From the NCBI RefSeq assembly GCF_006345805.1, contig NC_043005.1, positions 91,140,001 through 91,204,000 on the forward strand: DNA of 64,000 nt. The letters run 5' to 3'. The position numbers and the translations under genes are program-made. The notes below the pieces were generated by a model. That model was given only the letters and a program-made list of their open reading frames with translations, did no database searches and was not told where the DNA came from. This DNA is from Octopus sinensis. Taxonomy: Eukaryota. Shown here piece after piece: positions 63,791-64,000 of this stretch; position 1 is the stretch's first letter, and every line of letters begins with the position of its first letter.

Positions 63791-64000
63791 AATACATACA
63801 TACATCACTAATATATTCATCCATTCTGTTGCATTATATCCAAAAAAATTCTTGGTATGAATATTCGTCTCTTTAGGCGACACCATACTTGCTTCTTCAC
63901 TACGCCACTCTCCACCTTTCCTTACGATCTTAACTCTCTAATGTATTGACTCCTCCTTCTTTTCCATTGACATTCTCATTAGAATCATCAATATCGCGAA

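Overview
AT-rich, microsatellite-saturated eukaryotic DNA. The repeat families and TA/CA/GATA/TAA tracts point to an octopod cephalopod, probably Octopus (inference). One host gene is recognisable: a tryptophan hydroxylase (TPH) on the minus strand. Three exons are clearly identified (10313-10420, 8020-8209, 3217-3311) and a probable first coding exon lies at 33905-33997. They splice in phase to give the N-terminus, the ACT regulatory domain and the start of the catalytic domain; the remaining exons lie left of the window. The rest is transposon-derived: a near-intact 5.4 kb L1/Tx1-clade retrotransposon inside a tRNA-derived SINE dimer with two nested target-site duplications, a mariner nested in a Tc1 next to a templated filler, R4/Dong-type pieces in TAA microsatellites, CR1, Hero, Tigger, non-autonomous Helitron and Penelope-like (GIY-YIG) fragments, three SINE families, and several fold-back elements. 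The most intriguing candidates are (i) minimal hammerhead-ribozyme-like motifs in a Penelope 3' end, in a tRNA-headed head-to-head element and in a 41-bp hairpin loop, suggesting Penelope-dependent ribozyme-bearing non-autonomous elements, and (ii) a possibly SINE-targeting Tx1 element. All family assignments were made by eye from motifs; no database search was run.
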